A stretch of 64,000 nt of DNA from Sphaerobacteraceae bacterium (GTDB lineage: Bacteria > Chloroflexota > Chloroflexia > Thermomicrobiales > Thermomicrobiaceae). The notes beneath the pieces were generated by a model that ran no database searches, was not told the origin of the DNA, and worked only from the letters and a program-made list of their open reading frames with translations. Within the stretch, counting starts at the first letter, position 1. Each line of letters opens with the position of its first letter. This document shows, one piece after another, positions 47,018-57,559 of this stretch. The translations under genes and the position numbers were made by a program. Where the stretch lies: NCBI GenBank assembly GCA_007695115.1, contig REEK01000116.1, positions 23,944-87,943 of the forward strand, written 5' to 3'.

Positions 47018-50000
47018 ATGAGTTCGCGTGATTTCGCCCATTTGCATCTTCACACCGAGTATTCGTTGCTCGATGGGATGGGCCGTATCGACGAGTATAT
47101 GAAGCTCGCCAGCGACTATGGCATGAAGCACGTCGGAATTTCTGACCATGGAGTGATGTATGGTGCCATCGACTGGTACCGTGCTGCCAAAGCGCATGAT
47201 CTCCATCCAATTATCGGTGTCGAGGCCTATCTGGCTCAGGGATCGATGCACAAGCGAGAGCGCGGCTCTTATCATTTGCTGCTGCTGGCGGAGAATCAGA
47301 CCGGCTATCAGAATCTCCTCAAACTCTCCAGCAAAGCGAGCCTCGAAGGGTTCTATTACCGGCCACGAATCGATCTTGAGCTCCTCGGTGAACTGAACGA
47401 GGGCATCATCGCCACCTCAGCCTGTCTCGGTGGCCCGGTTGCAAACAATTTTCTGGAGGGCAACGACCCGGAGGCGGTTCGCCAGGCTGAGGCGTTGCGC
47501 GATATCTTCGGACCTGACCGATTCTTTCTCGAGATTCAGGAACACGGGATTCCCGGCCAGACCGAGACCAACAAGAAGCTAGTGCAGCTGGCGAAGTCGC
47601 TGGAGCTTCCGCTGGTTGCCTCGAACGACGTCCACTACGTCCATCAGGAAGATGCCGGACCACAAGAGCTCCTCGTCTGCATTCAGACCAACACCTCGAT
47701 CAACGATCCCAAGCGGATGAAGATGGATTCGGACCAGCTCTATTTCAAGAGTGCGTCCGAGATGTGGTCGTTGTTTGAGGAGTTGCCCGAGGCACTTGAG
47801 AACACCGTTCGAATCGCCGAGCGGTGCAACGTCGAGATGGAATTCGGGCGGCTGCATCTGCCGGATCCGGGTATTCCAGACGGGGTCAGCCCGCACGAGC
47901 ACCTGATGAACGAGTGCTGGAAAGGTCTGCAGCAGCGCTATCCGGAGATTACCGAAGAGGTCCGTCAACGACTGACCTATGAGCTCGACGTGATCGAGCA
48001 GACCGGATTCTCCAGCTACATGCTGATCGTTCGGGACTTCTCTGATTTCGCCCGGGAACGCAAGATCCCGTTTGGAGTTCGTGGGAGTGCTGCGGCCAGC
48101 ATCGTTCTCTATTCGCTGGGGATTACCGACATCGAACCACTGGCGAACCGGCTGGTCTTCGAGCGCTTCCTCAACCTGGAACGACGCGAGATGCCAGATA
48201 TCGATATGGACTTTGCCGATAACCGCCGTGGCGAGGTGATCGACTACGTGGCGAAGAAGTACGGTCACGATCACGTCGCTCAGATCATCACCTTCGGGAC
48301 AATGGGTGCGAAAGCGGTGGTTCGCGACGTCGGTCGCGCGATGGGGTGGGCTTATGGGGATGTCGACCGGATTGCCCGGACCATTCCTTCGCAGCTCAAC
48401 ATGTCACTGGATCGGGCACTTCAGGAAAGCTCTGATCTGCGTCAACAGTACGAATCGGATCAGGACGCACGGGAGCTGATCGATACGGCCAAGCGCCTCG
48501 AAGGTATCTCACGACATGCTGGAACCCACGCGGCCGGAGTCGTAATCTCGAACTCGCCATTGATCGAGCATCTGCCGCTGCAACGTGCTGCCCGGGATCA
48601 GGACGGTGCGCTGCCGACAACCCAGTTCACGATGGAGACCGTGGCCGATATTGGCTTGCTGAAGATGGACTTCCTCGGTCTGGCAAACCTGACGATTCTC
48701 GGTGAAGCGGTCGAGGTTATCCGGGAACGTCACGGGGTTGAGATCGATCCCAAGCACTTGCCGGAGGACGACAAGCCGACGTTCGACATGCTCTCGAATG
48801 GTGAGACGTTCGGTGTTTTCCAGTTGGAGAGCGCCGGGATGCGCCGCTACATTCGTGAGCTGCGTCCCGAGACGATCGCCGAGCTGGCCGCTATGGTGGC
48901 CCTGTATCGGCCCGGCCCGATGCAGCACATTCCGACCTATTGCCGGGCCAAGCATGGCGAAGAGCCGATCCGCTACCCGCACGAGGATCTGGCCGAAGTG
49001 CTGGACGAGACCTACGGCGTTATCGTCTACCAGGATCAGGTTCTGCTGATCGCTCAGAAGTTCGCCGGATACACGCTCGGTGAAGCCGATATCATGCGTA
49101 AGGCGATGGGCAAGAAAATCGCCGAGAAGATGGCCGCCGAGCGGCAGACGTTCATCTCGGGCGCGGTGGAGAAGGGCTACACCGCGGAGGACGCTGAGAA
49201 CATCTTCCGATTGATCGAGCCGTTTGCCGGTTACGCCTTCAATAAGGCGCATGCCGTCTGCTATGGCACTATCTCCTATCAGACCGCTTACCTCAAGGCG
49301 AACTATCCGGCCGAGTACATGTCGGCCGTTCTTCGCATGGCGCCGAGCCATCCGTCCGGAGCAGCTCAGCGAGTCGCCGCGGCGGTCGCCGAGTGCAGCA
49401 AACTCGGGCTTCCGGTTCTTCAGCCGGATATCAACAAGAGTGGTGTCACCTTCAACGTTGAAGAGCTCGACGATGGAGCGACCGGTATCCGGTTTGGACT
49501 GTCGATCATCAAGAACTGCGGCACGGCGGCGGTTCAGGCGATCGTCGATGCACGCGAGACGCTGCCATCGAAGGAGTTCAGCTCGTTCCAGGAGTTCTGC
49601 GACACCGTTGACTGGTCGCTAGTGAACAAGCGGACCGTTGAATCGCTGATCAAGTCTGGCGCCTTCGACAATCTGGGAGAGCGGGCCGCGCTGCTTTCGG
49701 TCCTCGAACAGGCGATTCATGCCGCGCAATCACGACAGAAGGCAGCCCAGCGAGGCCAGACCGATCTGTTCGCGTCGCTCGGAGATGCCGCGCCGACGTT
49801 GGAGTTGACGATTCCGGACGTACCACCAGTTCCAGAGAGCACCATGCTCCAGTGGGAAAAAGAGCATCTCGGGCTGTATCTCTCGTCCCACCCGTTGCGT
49901 GGTTACGCTGATCGAATACGTGACGGTGGCTTCGTCCAGGTTGCCGAGTTGTCCGAGGACATCGAAGGCCAGCATATCGACATCATCGGGCTGGTGAGTT

Positions 50001-50530
50001 CGGTGCGAAAGATCACGACGAAGTCGAACAAGACGATGGCGATCATTGAGCTGGAAGATATGACCGGTTCGATCGAGGTCGTCTTTTTCCCCAATTCATA
50101 CGAAGAGGCCCAGGAACATCTCGAGATCGATAACCCGATCCGGGTGAATGCCAAACTCGAAAAGCGGAACGATTCGCTTCAGCTGGTGTCACAGTCTGTC
50201 AGCGCGCTCGATCTCTCCGAGCCGGAGGAGCCAGAGCCGATCCGCTTCAATGAAGTTCTGGTGAATCTGCCGGTAAGCCATGATGTCGATGCCGATGTCG
50301 ATTTGATGCGCCGCCTCCGCAATGTTCTGCAGGAGTTCCCGGGTGAGGATCGACTGATGCTGAAACTCCCGAACAATGGTCACGATGTGGTGCTTCGTTC
50401 CAGTCTGCGAATCGACTGGTGCCGGGATGTCGAACTGGCGCTCGCCGAACTACTCGGCGAGAACAGCGTCCGGGTCGAAGAGCGGGTTGAGCATCAGCAG
50501 GCGCCGCCTCGTATGGCGCTATCGGCCTAA
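47018..50530 (+). CDS. dnaE: DNA polymerase III alpha subunit
   Basis: 1170 aa from ATG 47018. N-terminal PHP domain (FAHLHLHTEYSLLDG), GLLKMDFLGL block, OB fold near the C-terminus. Its last 12 nt overlap the convergent polX 3' end. Confidence 0.96.
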   Translation: MSSRDFAHLHLHTEYSLLDGMGRIDEYMKLASDYGMKHVGISDHGVMYGAIDWYRAAKAHDLHPIIGVEAYLAQGSMHKRERGSYHLLLLAENQTGYQNLLKLSSKASLEGFYYRPRIDLELLGELNEGIIATSACLGGPVANNFLEGNDPEAVRQAEALRDIFGPDRFFLEIQEHGIPGQTETNKKLVQLAKSLELPLVASNDVHYVHQEDAGPQELLVCIQTNTSINDPKRMKMDSDQLYFKSASEMWSLFEELPEALENTVRIAERCNVEMEFGRLHLPDPGIPDGVSPHEHLMNECWKGLQQRYPEITEEVRQRLTYELDVIEQTGFSSYMLIVRDFSDFARERKIPFGVRGSAAASIVLYSLGITDIEPLANRLVFERFLNLERREMPDIDMDFADNRRGEVIDYVAKKYGHDHVAQIITFGTMGAKAVVRDVGRAMGWAYGDVDRIARTIPSQLNMSLDRALQESSDLRQQYESDQDARELIDTAKRLEGISRHAGTHAAGVVISNSPLIEHLPLQRAARDQDGALPTTQFTMETVADIGLLKMDFLGLANLTILGEAVEVIRERHGVEIDPKHLPEDDKPTFDMLSNGETFGVFQLESAGMRRYIRELRPETIAELAAMVALYRPGPMQHIPTYCRAKHGEEPIRYPHEDLAEVLDETYGVIVYQDQVLLIAQKFAGYTLGEADIMRKAMGKKIAEKMAAERQTFISGAVEKGYTAEDAENIFRLIEPFAGYAFNKAHAVCYGTISYQTAYLKANYPAEYMSAVLRMAPSHPSGAAQRVAAAVAECSKLGLPVLQPDINKSGVTFNVEELDDGATGIRFGLSIIKNCGTAAVQAIVDARETLPSKEFSSFQEFCDTVDWSLVNKRTVESLIKSGAFDNLGERAALLSVLEQAIHAAQSRQKAAQRGQTDLFASLGDAAPTLELTIPDVPPVPESTMLQWEKEHLGLYLSSHPLRGYADRIRDGGFVQVAELSEDIEGQHIDIIGLVSSVRKITTKSNKTMAIIELEDMTGSIEVVFFPNSYEEAQEHLEIDNPIRVNAKLEKRNDSLQLVSQSVSALDLSEPEEPEPIRFNEVLVNLPVSHDVDADVDLMRRLRNVLQEFPGEDRLMLKLPNNGHDVVLRSSLRIDWCRDVELALAELLGENSVRVEERVEHQQAPPRMALSA

Positions 50531-52177
50531 CCAGTCGAGTAGATCATCCAGCGTCCAGGTATTGACTACCGAATCTGTTTCCACCCAGCCACGCCTGGCG
50601 ATTCCTACACCGTACTCCATGACATCCAGACCCTGAAGGTCGTGAGCATCTGAATCGATGGCGATCAGTACGCCAGCCTCGACTGCCTGACGGGCCAGAT
50701 CTTCAGGAAGGTCGAGTCGGGCGGGATTTGCATTGATCTCCAGTGCAGTCTTCGTTCTGGCGGCGGCCTCGAAAACCGTATCCCAGTCATAAGATGCACC
50801 CGGGCGTTGCTCAACGATCCGACCAGTCGGGTGAGCGATGATATCGACGTGTGGATTCTCGATTGCTGAGAGAATCCGGGATGTCATCTCCCCGGTCGGC
50901 ATGTTTCGACCGCTGTGCAGTGAGGCAACCACAAGGTCGAGCTGCTCCAGCACATCATCCGGGAAATCGAGCGACCCATCTCGTCGAACCTCAACCTCAG
51001 ACGCGCAAAGAATGTGAAGATCCGGGAAACTCTCTCGGACGGTTTCGATCTCTCGTCGCTGCTGCTCCAGGCGGTCTGCGTTTAGCCCATTGGCGATTGC
51101 CAGCCCATGCGAGTGATCGGCAATCGAGAGGTAGGCGTAGCCGAGTTCGATAGCTCGTTCAGCGAGCTCCGGGATCGTGGCTCTGCCGTCGCTCCAGACC
51201 GAGTGAAGGTGCAGATCACCGCGAATCAGGCCCAGCTCCACGAGATCGGGAAGGGAATTCTGACGGGCCAACTCGATTTCGCCGCGGTTCTCGCGGAGCT
51301 CCGGGGGAATCCAGGAGCATTCAACCGATTGGTAGAGGCTGGATTCGTCGACGAACGATTTGCGCCCGTCTATGTTGAGTGACTCCACATGATCCTGGCT
51401 ACCGGTCGACTGAACCAGTGTTCCACCGAACGACCCTGCGGGCGATGAAATCACGCGCACGTGACCGATGCGGCTCACCGTCACGTCAACAGTCTGCTCC
51501 CCATGTTCGATTGCTTCCACGCCGTCCCAGGCTGATTCGATCGTCGAAGCGATCCGGTCGTGGTCCTCGCCCTCCAACAGCAGATCGACGTTGCCGACAA
51601 CTTCAGCACGTCGTCTGACACTGCCGACAATCTCGGCGCGGGTTTCCAGCGCAGCGGCGAGCAACTGTGAGAGCCGCCTGGCAGCCGGGAGTGCTGTGCC
51701 GATGGACATCTTGCCGCTCCGCTGTCGCAGGAATGAAATACCCTCTGTGATCCGCGACTCCTGTTTCTTTCCGATCCCTTTGAGTTCGATGAGCTGGCCT
51801 GACTCGATTGCTTGCTCGAGTTGCTCCAGATTGGTGATACCGAGCTCACGATAGAACAGGCCCACCGATTTCGGACCGATGCCAGGAATCGCCAGGATCG
51901 TCAGCAGCGTTTCCGGTACTTCATCCTGTACGATGGTCATTTCCTCGAGCTCGCCGGTCCGGACGATCTCGGTGATGTTGGCGGCAAGACCCTTTCCGAT
52001 GCCCTTGAGATCGGTCAGTCGCTCTTCGTCGACCAGAGTAGCGACCGGCTCTTCAAGTCGCTTGATCGTGTCGGCACTGCGCCGATAGGCCGCCACACGG
52101 AATCCGCTCTCGCCCTTGATGTCGAGAAGGTCGGCGAACTGTTTCAGAACCTCTGAGACTTCTGCGTTGGTCATCAC
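50519..52177 (-). CDS. polX: Family X DNA polymerase with C-terminal PHP 3'-5' exonuclease/phosphoesterase domain
   Basis: 552 aa. HhH N-terminus, pol-beta nucleotidyltransferase block GSVRRRAEVVGNVDLL, and PHP block GDLHLHSVWSDG. The GTG start overlaps the upstream TAG by 1 nt. Confidence 0.92.
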   Translation of the reverse strand: MMTNAEVSEVLKQFADLLDIKGESGFRVAAYRRSADTIKRLEEPVATLVDEERLTDLKGIGKGLAANITEIVRTGELEEMTIVQDEVPETLLTILAIPGIGPKSVGLFYRELGITNLEQLEQAIESGQLIELKGIGKKQESRITEGISFLRQRSGKMSIGTALPAARRLSQLLAAALETRAEIVGSVRRRAEVVGNVDLLLEGEDHDRIASTIESAWDGVEAIEHGEQTVDVTVSRIGHVRVISSPAGSFGGTLVQSTGSQDHVESLNIDGRKSFVDESSLYQSVECSWIPPELRENRGEIELARQNSLPDLVELGLIRGDLHLHSVWSDGRATIPELAERAIELGYAYLSIADHSHGLAIANGLNADRLEQQRREIETVRESFPDLHILCASEVEVRRDGSLDFPDDVLEQLDLVVASLHSGRNMPTGEMTSRILSAIENPHVDIIAHPTGRIVEQRPGASYDWDTVFEAAARTKTALEINANPARLDLPEDLARQAVEAGVLIAIDSDAHDLQGLDVMEYGVGIARRGWVETDSVVNTWTLDDLLDWLGR

Positions 52178-52860
52178 TAACCTTCTCTCCGCGAGAGGCA
52201 GCGCTGCAGGAGTTCAGCTGGCCAGGTTCTGAGGACGCTTTCGAGATTCGACTCCTCGATGCCGGCACCGAGTGCCACCGAACGCTGGAACTTGTCAGTC
52301 AACAGGTCGGACGGTGAGTGCGCATCGCTGTCCACGACCAGTTTGGCGCCAAGGGCCTGGCCGAGCCTGGCGACATGACCGTTGGTGAGGCAGTGGCCGC
52401 TTCGTGCGGAAATCTCCAGATAGACGTCATTGGCGATCGCGCGGCGAACTTCTTCTTCGGTAATGTGACCCGGATGCCCGATCAAGTCGACATAACCGCA
52501 GTCAATCGCAGCGCCATCCGAGCCGGGTTCGACGGGCTCTACCGGTGTCTCGCCATGCAGGACGACGATCTCGGCCCCAGCTTCCCTGGCTGCTTTGGCC
52601 GCCTCTGCGATTCCCTGGGCTGGCACGTGAGTGAGTTCGACACCGACGATGACCTTGATTGGCCAGTATCGCTCGACGATGTCTCGGTCGCGCTTCAATT
52701 CCTCGATGAGGTGATCGACATTGCCGACTCCGGTGTGATCGGTCATTCCGATCGCGGAGTAGCCGTTTACGAGGGCTCGACGGGCATGTTCGACGGGGGA
52801 GAGCACGCCGTCGCTCCAGTAGGTGTGGGAATGGAAATCGATAACCACGTGTTGCCTCAT
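52177..52860 (-). CDS. Stand-alone PHP-domain phosphoesterase (histidinol-phosphatase-like)
   Basis: 227 aa. IDFHSHTYWSDG, MTDHTG and DSDAHS metal-ligand blocks. Confidence 0.85.
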   Translation of the reverse strand: MRQHVVIDFHSHTYWSDGVLSPVEHARRALVNGYSAIGMTDHTGVGNVDHLIEELKRDRDIVERYWPIKVIVGVELTHVPAQGIAEAAKAAREAGAEIVVLHGETPVEPVEPGSDGAAIDCGYVDLIGHPGHITEEEVRRAIANDVYLEISARSGHCLTNGHVARLGQALGAKLVVDSDAHSPSDLLTDKFQRSVALGAGIEESNLESVLRTWPAELLQRCLSRREG

Positions 52861-52926
52861 TTCATGCAGTCCGGGAGATTACTCCAGTTTCACGGTCTGC
52901 ATGATAACGAAGGCAGCGAGGGCACG

Positions 52927-54183
52927 TCACCCTCCAGTTGGTTCGATCTCCGGGGGGCTAGTCTGGATCCCAACTCGTGACAATGCGCGAATCCGGGAAA
53001 CGGATTCAGTGACGTTCTGTGTCAGAACAAGGCAGAGATCGTTTGGATGCAGCATATGCACTGCCCGCTCGATACCGTCGATCTCGCTCGGCATGGCGAA
53101 GACGAGCGGTGGAACATCGTTGTTGGCCAGGCCATGCTTGAACTGGTCCAGGCTGTGGTTGTCGGTTGCATGACGCTGTGTGACGACAACATCGGCTACT
53201 CGGCCGATCAACCTGCCGACTTCAGCTGTCTGCTCATCGTCGAGATGCGGGAAACAGTCTGTAACAACCACGGTCCGGTGGAACGCCGAATCACGGATAC
53301 CCCGGATCAGCGATCTCACCGTCCAGACGTGACGGGCCGAATCGAGGAGGATTGTGGCCTCGCCGTGCTCGAGGATGTTGCAACTGCCAGGCATCAGCCC
53401 GACGTCCGGTTCAAACGATCTGATCCCCTCAGCGATCGCATCGCGATCGATCCCCATGTTCCAGGCAAGGCTCACGGCGCAGAGAAGGTTCTGCATCTGG
53501 AACGTGAGTGATCCATCGAGTGTGAATGCCGCGTCGGATGCATCGCAAATTACTTCCGGTGACCAGGAATTCCCGGCCACCACGCGTGTTCCATCGAGCC
53601 AGACAGCGGACCCACCTTCGTCGATGTGGTGACGGAGCGTCGGATTATCTGGATGAAGTCCGAACAAAGATACCGTGGCAGCCGTGTTGTCTGCTGCGAC
53701 CATCACTGCATGATCGTCGGCGTTGAGCACGAGCACGCCATCCGGGCGAACTGCGCGCGCGACTATATGCTGTGCCTGCGCGCCCTGTTCGGCCACTGAA
53801 CTGATCAGACACTCATCGTTGTTGCCGCACAGAGACGAGATCGCGGCAATGGGGTAGGTATGCTCTGGGAGCCCGACGCCGGTTACTACCGGGTCCTCAA
53901 GTTCCTGGATTGCAACATCCAGCTCACCTCTGGCAAGACTGCCCATCACATCGGACCACGGACCGAGTTCGCCGACCAGGTGGTCGCCGTTCTTATAGAC
54001 ACCGGTAGTGGTCCACAGACCGATTTTCAGGTGCTGAGCCAGCAAGATTTCGTTCAGGAGCCAGGCAACGGTTGATTTACCACGGCTGCCGGCAATTGCC
54101 ACGATCGGAAGTGACGGCAAGTCTGGCGCGCGGCGACGAATTGGTTCGGCAGGTGATTCGGAATGCGTCTTCATAGTTTTCAA
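52927..54183 (-). CDS. Divergent Mur-ligase-family protein (stand-alone; cyanophycin-synthetase/MurE-like middle and C-terminal domains)
   Basis: 418 aa. P-loop IAGSRGKST and VLNADDH block are present. The usual GxHN and PGRxE / DYAHxP blocks are altered (FQMQN; PGSCN; DSARHV). Confidence 0.65.
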   Translation of the reverse strand: MKTMKTHSESPAEPIRRRAPDLPSLPIVAIAGSRGKSTVAWLLNEILLAQHLKIGLWTTTGVYKNGDHLVGELGPWSDVMGSLARGELDVAIQELEDPVVTGVGLPEHTYPIAAISSLCGNNDECLISSVAEQGAQAQHIVARAVRPDGVLVLNADDHAVMVAADNTAATVSLFGLHPDNPTLRHHIDEGGSAVWLDGTRVVAGNSWSPEVICDASDAAFTLDGSLTFQMQNLLCAVSLAWNMGIDRDAIAEGIRSFEPDVGLMPGSCNILEHGEATILLDSARHVWTVRSLIRGIRDSAFHRTVVVTDCFPHLDDEQTAEVGRLIGRVADVVVTQRHATDNHSLDQFKHGLANNDVPPLVFAMPSEIDGIERAVHMLHPNDLCLVLTQNVTESVSRIRALSRVGIQTSPPEIEPTGG

Positions 54184-54213
54184 CCAGTTCGTGATTGCGT
54201 CGTGCGTGGTTTG

Positions 54214-54843
54214 CTAGTCCTCGTTTATCTGTTCGATGTCATGTTGAGTGGCCATCCGGACAATAAGCGGGATGGCCAGCTGAAATGCTTTGCCCCGGTG
54301 GCTGATGGCGTTCTTTTCGTTATCGGTGAGTTCTGCCATTGTTCGTTCGTCACCGCTCGGGATGAACAATGGATCGTAGCCAAAACCGTTCGAGCCGCGC
54401 GGTGCATCGGTGATTCGACCTTCGACGGTCCCGCGGACGACCGATTCCTCACCTTCCGGATCAACGATCGCGATGGCTGATACGAAACGGGCTGTGCGAG
54501 CAGAATCGTCTGTATCTGAGAGCATCTCGATTGCCAACCGGTTATTCTCCTCGTCGGATACCGAGCGCCCATGATCCTCAGCGAACCTCGCTGATCGCAC
54601 GCCTGGCTTGCCGTCGAGAGCGTCGATTTCCAGTCCGGAATCATCCGCGACACTGAGCATTCCGCTCTGAGCCGCTGCCGCTCTTGCCTTCAGCAACGCG
54701 TTCGCCTCGAATGTCTCGCCAGTCTCTTCAGGAAGCTGAATCTGTGCGTCGTCGGCAGTGACGACTTCAAACCCTTCCGGAAGTAACGATCGCATTTCTC
54801 GTGCCTTTTTCTGGTTGTGCGACGCCAGTACGACTCGTGTCAC
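54214..54843 (-). CDS. rdgB: Non-canonical purine NTP pyrophosphatase (RdgB/HAM1)
   Basis: 209 aa from GTG 54843 (GTGA overlap with the tatD stop). VLASHNQKKAREM, FGYDPLFIP and SHRGKA blocks. The ORF start at 54897 was rejected. Confidence 0.92.
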   Translation of the reverse strand: MTRVVLASHNQKKAREMRSLLPEGFEVVTADDAQIQLPEETGETFEANALLKARAAAAQSGMLSVADDSGLEIDALDGKPGVRSARFAEDHGRSVSDEENNRLAIEMLSDTDDSARTARFVSAIAIVDPEGEESVVRGTVEGRITDAPRGSNGFGYDPLFIPSGDERTMAELTDNEKNAISHRGKAFQLAIPLIVRMATQHDIEQINED

Positions 54844-55631
54844 AGGTTTGCCTGTCCATTGTCGATCAGTCCTGGAAACAGCTGGCTTGCGTTGCATGTC
54901 GTGGTATCCGCAATCTCGAGGAGTGACGCGTCCCGCAGTTCAGCCAGACGCTCCGCAACACGGGCGACGTAGGCTGGTTCGTTTCGCTTTCCTCGATGCG
55001 GTACCGGTGCCATGAACGGTGAGTCCGTTTCGAGAACGACTCGTTCCAGCGGTATCTTCGCAGCTGCCTCATGGAGGTCGGTTCGAGACTTGAAGGTTAT
55101 TGCCCCTCCGAGTCCGATATAGAGTCCAAGATCGAGAACTTCCTGCGCATAATGCCAGTCACCAGTGAAGCAATGCAATACCCCGCGATGGGTTCCGGAG
55201 AACTGGCGCAGGACGTCGAGCACTTCCTGCTCTGCATCGCGCTGGTGAATGATGAATGGCATGTCGAGTTGCCGAGCCAGATCGATCTGGGACGCGAAGG
55301 CCCGCTTCTGCAGGTCAAGCGGGGCATCGTCCCAGTAGCAGTCGACACCGGTTTCACCGATGGCGATGACTTCGGGCCGTTTTGCCACTGTCGCGATTTC
55401 ATCCAGCATTTCATCGCTGAACTTGCTGGCGCTGTTCGGATGCAGGCCGGCGGCCACGGCGATGCCCGGGACACGGCCCTGTAGTTCCAGGGCCGCTTTC
55501 CATCGCTCGGGTTCGAATCCGATAACCAGCATGTGCTCGACACCCGCCTGACGGGCCCGATCGAGCGCAGCTTCCCGGTCGTCATCGAATGCATCCAGAT
55601 CGATATGACAATGAGTATCGACGAGTTGCAT
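54840..55631 (-). CDS. tatD: TatD-family metal-dependent hydrolase/DNase
   Basis: 263 aa. LVDTHCHID, IGETGVD and ETDSPFMAP blocks. The start directly abuts the glmS stop. Confidence 0.93.
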   Translation of the reverse strand: MQLVDTHCHIDLDAFDDDREAALDRARQAGVEHMLVIGFEPERWKAALELQGRVPGIAVAAGLHPNSASKFSDEMLDEIATVAKRPEVIAIGETGVDCYWDDAPLDLQKRAFASQIDLARQLDMPFIIHQRDAEQEVLDVLRQFSGTHRGVLHCFTGDWHYAQEVLDLGLYIGLGGAITFKSRTDLHEAAAKIPLERVVLETDSPFMAPVPHRGKRNEPAYVARVAERLAELRDASLLEIADTTTCNASQLFPGLIDNGQANL

Positions 55632-57407
55632 TTACTTGACCGTAACGCTCTTCGCCAGATTGCGTGGCTTGTCAGGATCCAGGTCCCGCATCAATGCCAG
55701 CTGGTATCCGAGCAACTGCGCGGGAACGACATTGACGATCGGTGAGCCATCTCCAACGTCTGATACCGGTATGTGTAGATCGAACACTTCGTCGTGCTCC
55801 GGCGAGACGCCGATGATCAGAGCCCCGCGGCTCTTCATCTCCATCGCCCCGGAGAGAATGTCGTCGCGCGTTTCATCCAGCGGCGAAAAGACGATCGCTG
55901 GCGTGCCCTTGTCGATGAGCGCGATAACGCCATGCTTCAGTTCGCCGCCGGCAAAACCCTCGGCGTGAATGTAGCTGACTTCCTTGATCTTCAGTGCTGA
56001 TTCGAGCGCGGTTGGGTAGGAAAGACCACGGCCGATAATGTAGCAGTGATCGTGATCGACGATACTCCTCGAGACGGTGAGGAGATTGTCATTTGCGATC
56101 GGGGACAGCAATTGTTCGATTCCGTCTACCGATTGCCAGATGATCTCCCGGCCAGCGTGTTCGCTACCGTTCAGAATGTGCGCCGCGAGCAGAAGTACTG
56201 CTACCTTGGCGACATACGCTTTGGTCGAAAGTACGCACTGTTCCGGGCCTGCATTGAGATGAACGGAGTAGTCGGCCATGCGATCCAGCGTCGATCCGGG
56301 CACATTCACCAGCGCGGCGATCGTCGCCCCGCGTTCTTTGGCAGCCATCACCGCTTCGATGACGTCCGCGGTTTCGCCACTCTGCGACAACGCCACAACC
56401 AGACTGCGCTCGGTCAGAAAATGTTCCTGATACTTGAACTCTGAGCCGACGGTGAAATTGACATGCCGCCGGGCGATTCGCGAGAAGAGATAGGAACCGG
56501 TCAGCGCGGCGTAACTCGAAGTACCGCTCCCGACCAGAAATGTTCCGTACGACTCTCGAATCAGCTCAGCCAGACCCCGCACCGGTTCGATACCGTCCGT
56601 GACCAGCCGGCGCAGTACGTCCGGCTGCTCACTGATTTCCTTGATCATGAAATGTGGGAAGCCGTTGAGGCCGGTATCCCCTGCAGTGAGTGTCATCTCT
56701 TGCCAGTCCAGCACTTGAGGTTCGCCAGTGGCCTGCTCGAAGAGCTGGATCTGATCCTGACCGATCACAGCCACCTGACCGTCATTGACGAAGTGAATTT
56801 CATCGGCATGATCGACAAGCGCCAGTGCGTCTGAGGCGATAAATGCCCCACGCTCTGACCGACCGAGCACCAGTGGAGAGACGTTCTTGACGGCAAAGAG
56901 GTGGCGGGTGTGATTGTCCAGAACGATAAAGGCGTTGAGGCCGCGGATCTCGTTGAACACCGCTCGCACGCCCTGGACAACAGCGTCGGGATCCTGAGAT
57001 TCCCCGACGGCGTCCTCGATCAGATGTGCGATGACTTCAGAATCGGTTTCGCTGACAAAGGTGTGGCCAGCTTGCTGAAGTCGTTCACGAAGCTTTCGAA
57101 AGTTCTCGATGATCCCATTATGGATTACGGCGAATCGGCCGGTGCAGTCGACGTGAGGATGGGCGTTCTCGTCAGTAACGCCGCCGTGCGTTGCCCAGCG
57201 GGTGTGTCCAAATCCAATGGTAGCGTCCGGAAGCGATGGATTGGTTGCGATGATGCGTCCCGCCTGCTTGGCAACCTTGATGGTTCCGTTCTGGCCTACC
57301 GCAACGCCCCAGGAATCGTATCCACGATATTCGAGGCGTCGCAGGCCCTCCAGCAGCATTCCACCGAGGGCTTGTTCGCGACCGACGTAGCCTATGATTC
57401 CGCACAT
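55632..57407 (-). CDS. glmS: Glutamine--fructose-6-phosphate aminotransferase (isomerising)
   Basis: 591 aa. N-terminal nucleophile MCGIIGY, two SIS domains, C-terminal NLAKSVTVK. Confidence 0.97.
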   Translation of the reverse strand: MCGIIGYVGREQALGGMLLEGLRRLEYRGYDSWGVAVGQNGTIKVAKQAGRIIATNPSLPDATIGFGHTRWATHGGVTDENAHPHVDCTGRFAVIHNGIIENFRKLRERLQQAGHTFVSETDSEVIAHLIEDAVGESQDPDAVVQGVRAVFNEIRGLNAFIVLDNHTRHLFAVKNVSPLVLGRSERGAFIASDALALVDHADEIHFVNDGQVAVIGQDQIQLFEQATGEPQVLDWQEMTLTAGDTGLNGFPHFMIKEISEQPDVLRRLVTDGIEPVRGLAELIRESYGTFLVGSGTSSYAALTGSYLFSRIARRHVNFTVGSEFKYQEHFLTERSLVVALSQSGETADVIEAVMAAKERGATIAALVNVPGSTLDRMADYSVHLNAGPEQCVLSTKAYVAKVAVLLLAAHILNGSEHAGREIIWQSVDGIEQLLSPIANDNLLTVSRSIVDHDHCYIIGRGLSYPTALESALKIKEVSYIHAEGFAGGELKHGVIALIDKGTPAIVFSPLDETRDDILSGAMEMKSRGALIIGVSPEHDEVFDLHIPVSDVGDGSPIVNVVPAQLLGYQLALMRDLDPDKPRNLAKSVTVK

Positions 57408-57559
57408 GAGGTTAAAAGACCCTTCTCTGGCCGTTTGGCGGCACTCTTACAACACCAGACTAATCCGCGGGTGACTACAGGAGTCACGCACAGTTAGTCC
57501 GCCGCGAAGAGCCGCGTACGACGGGCATGGTGAATTGAACGCTTCAAGACAGGGGAAAG

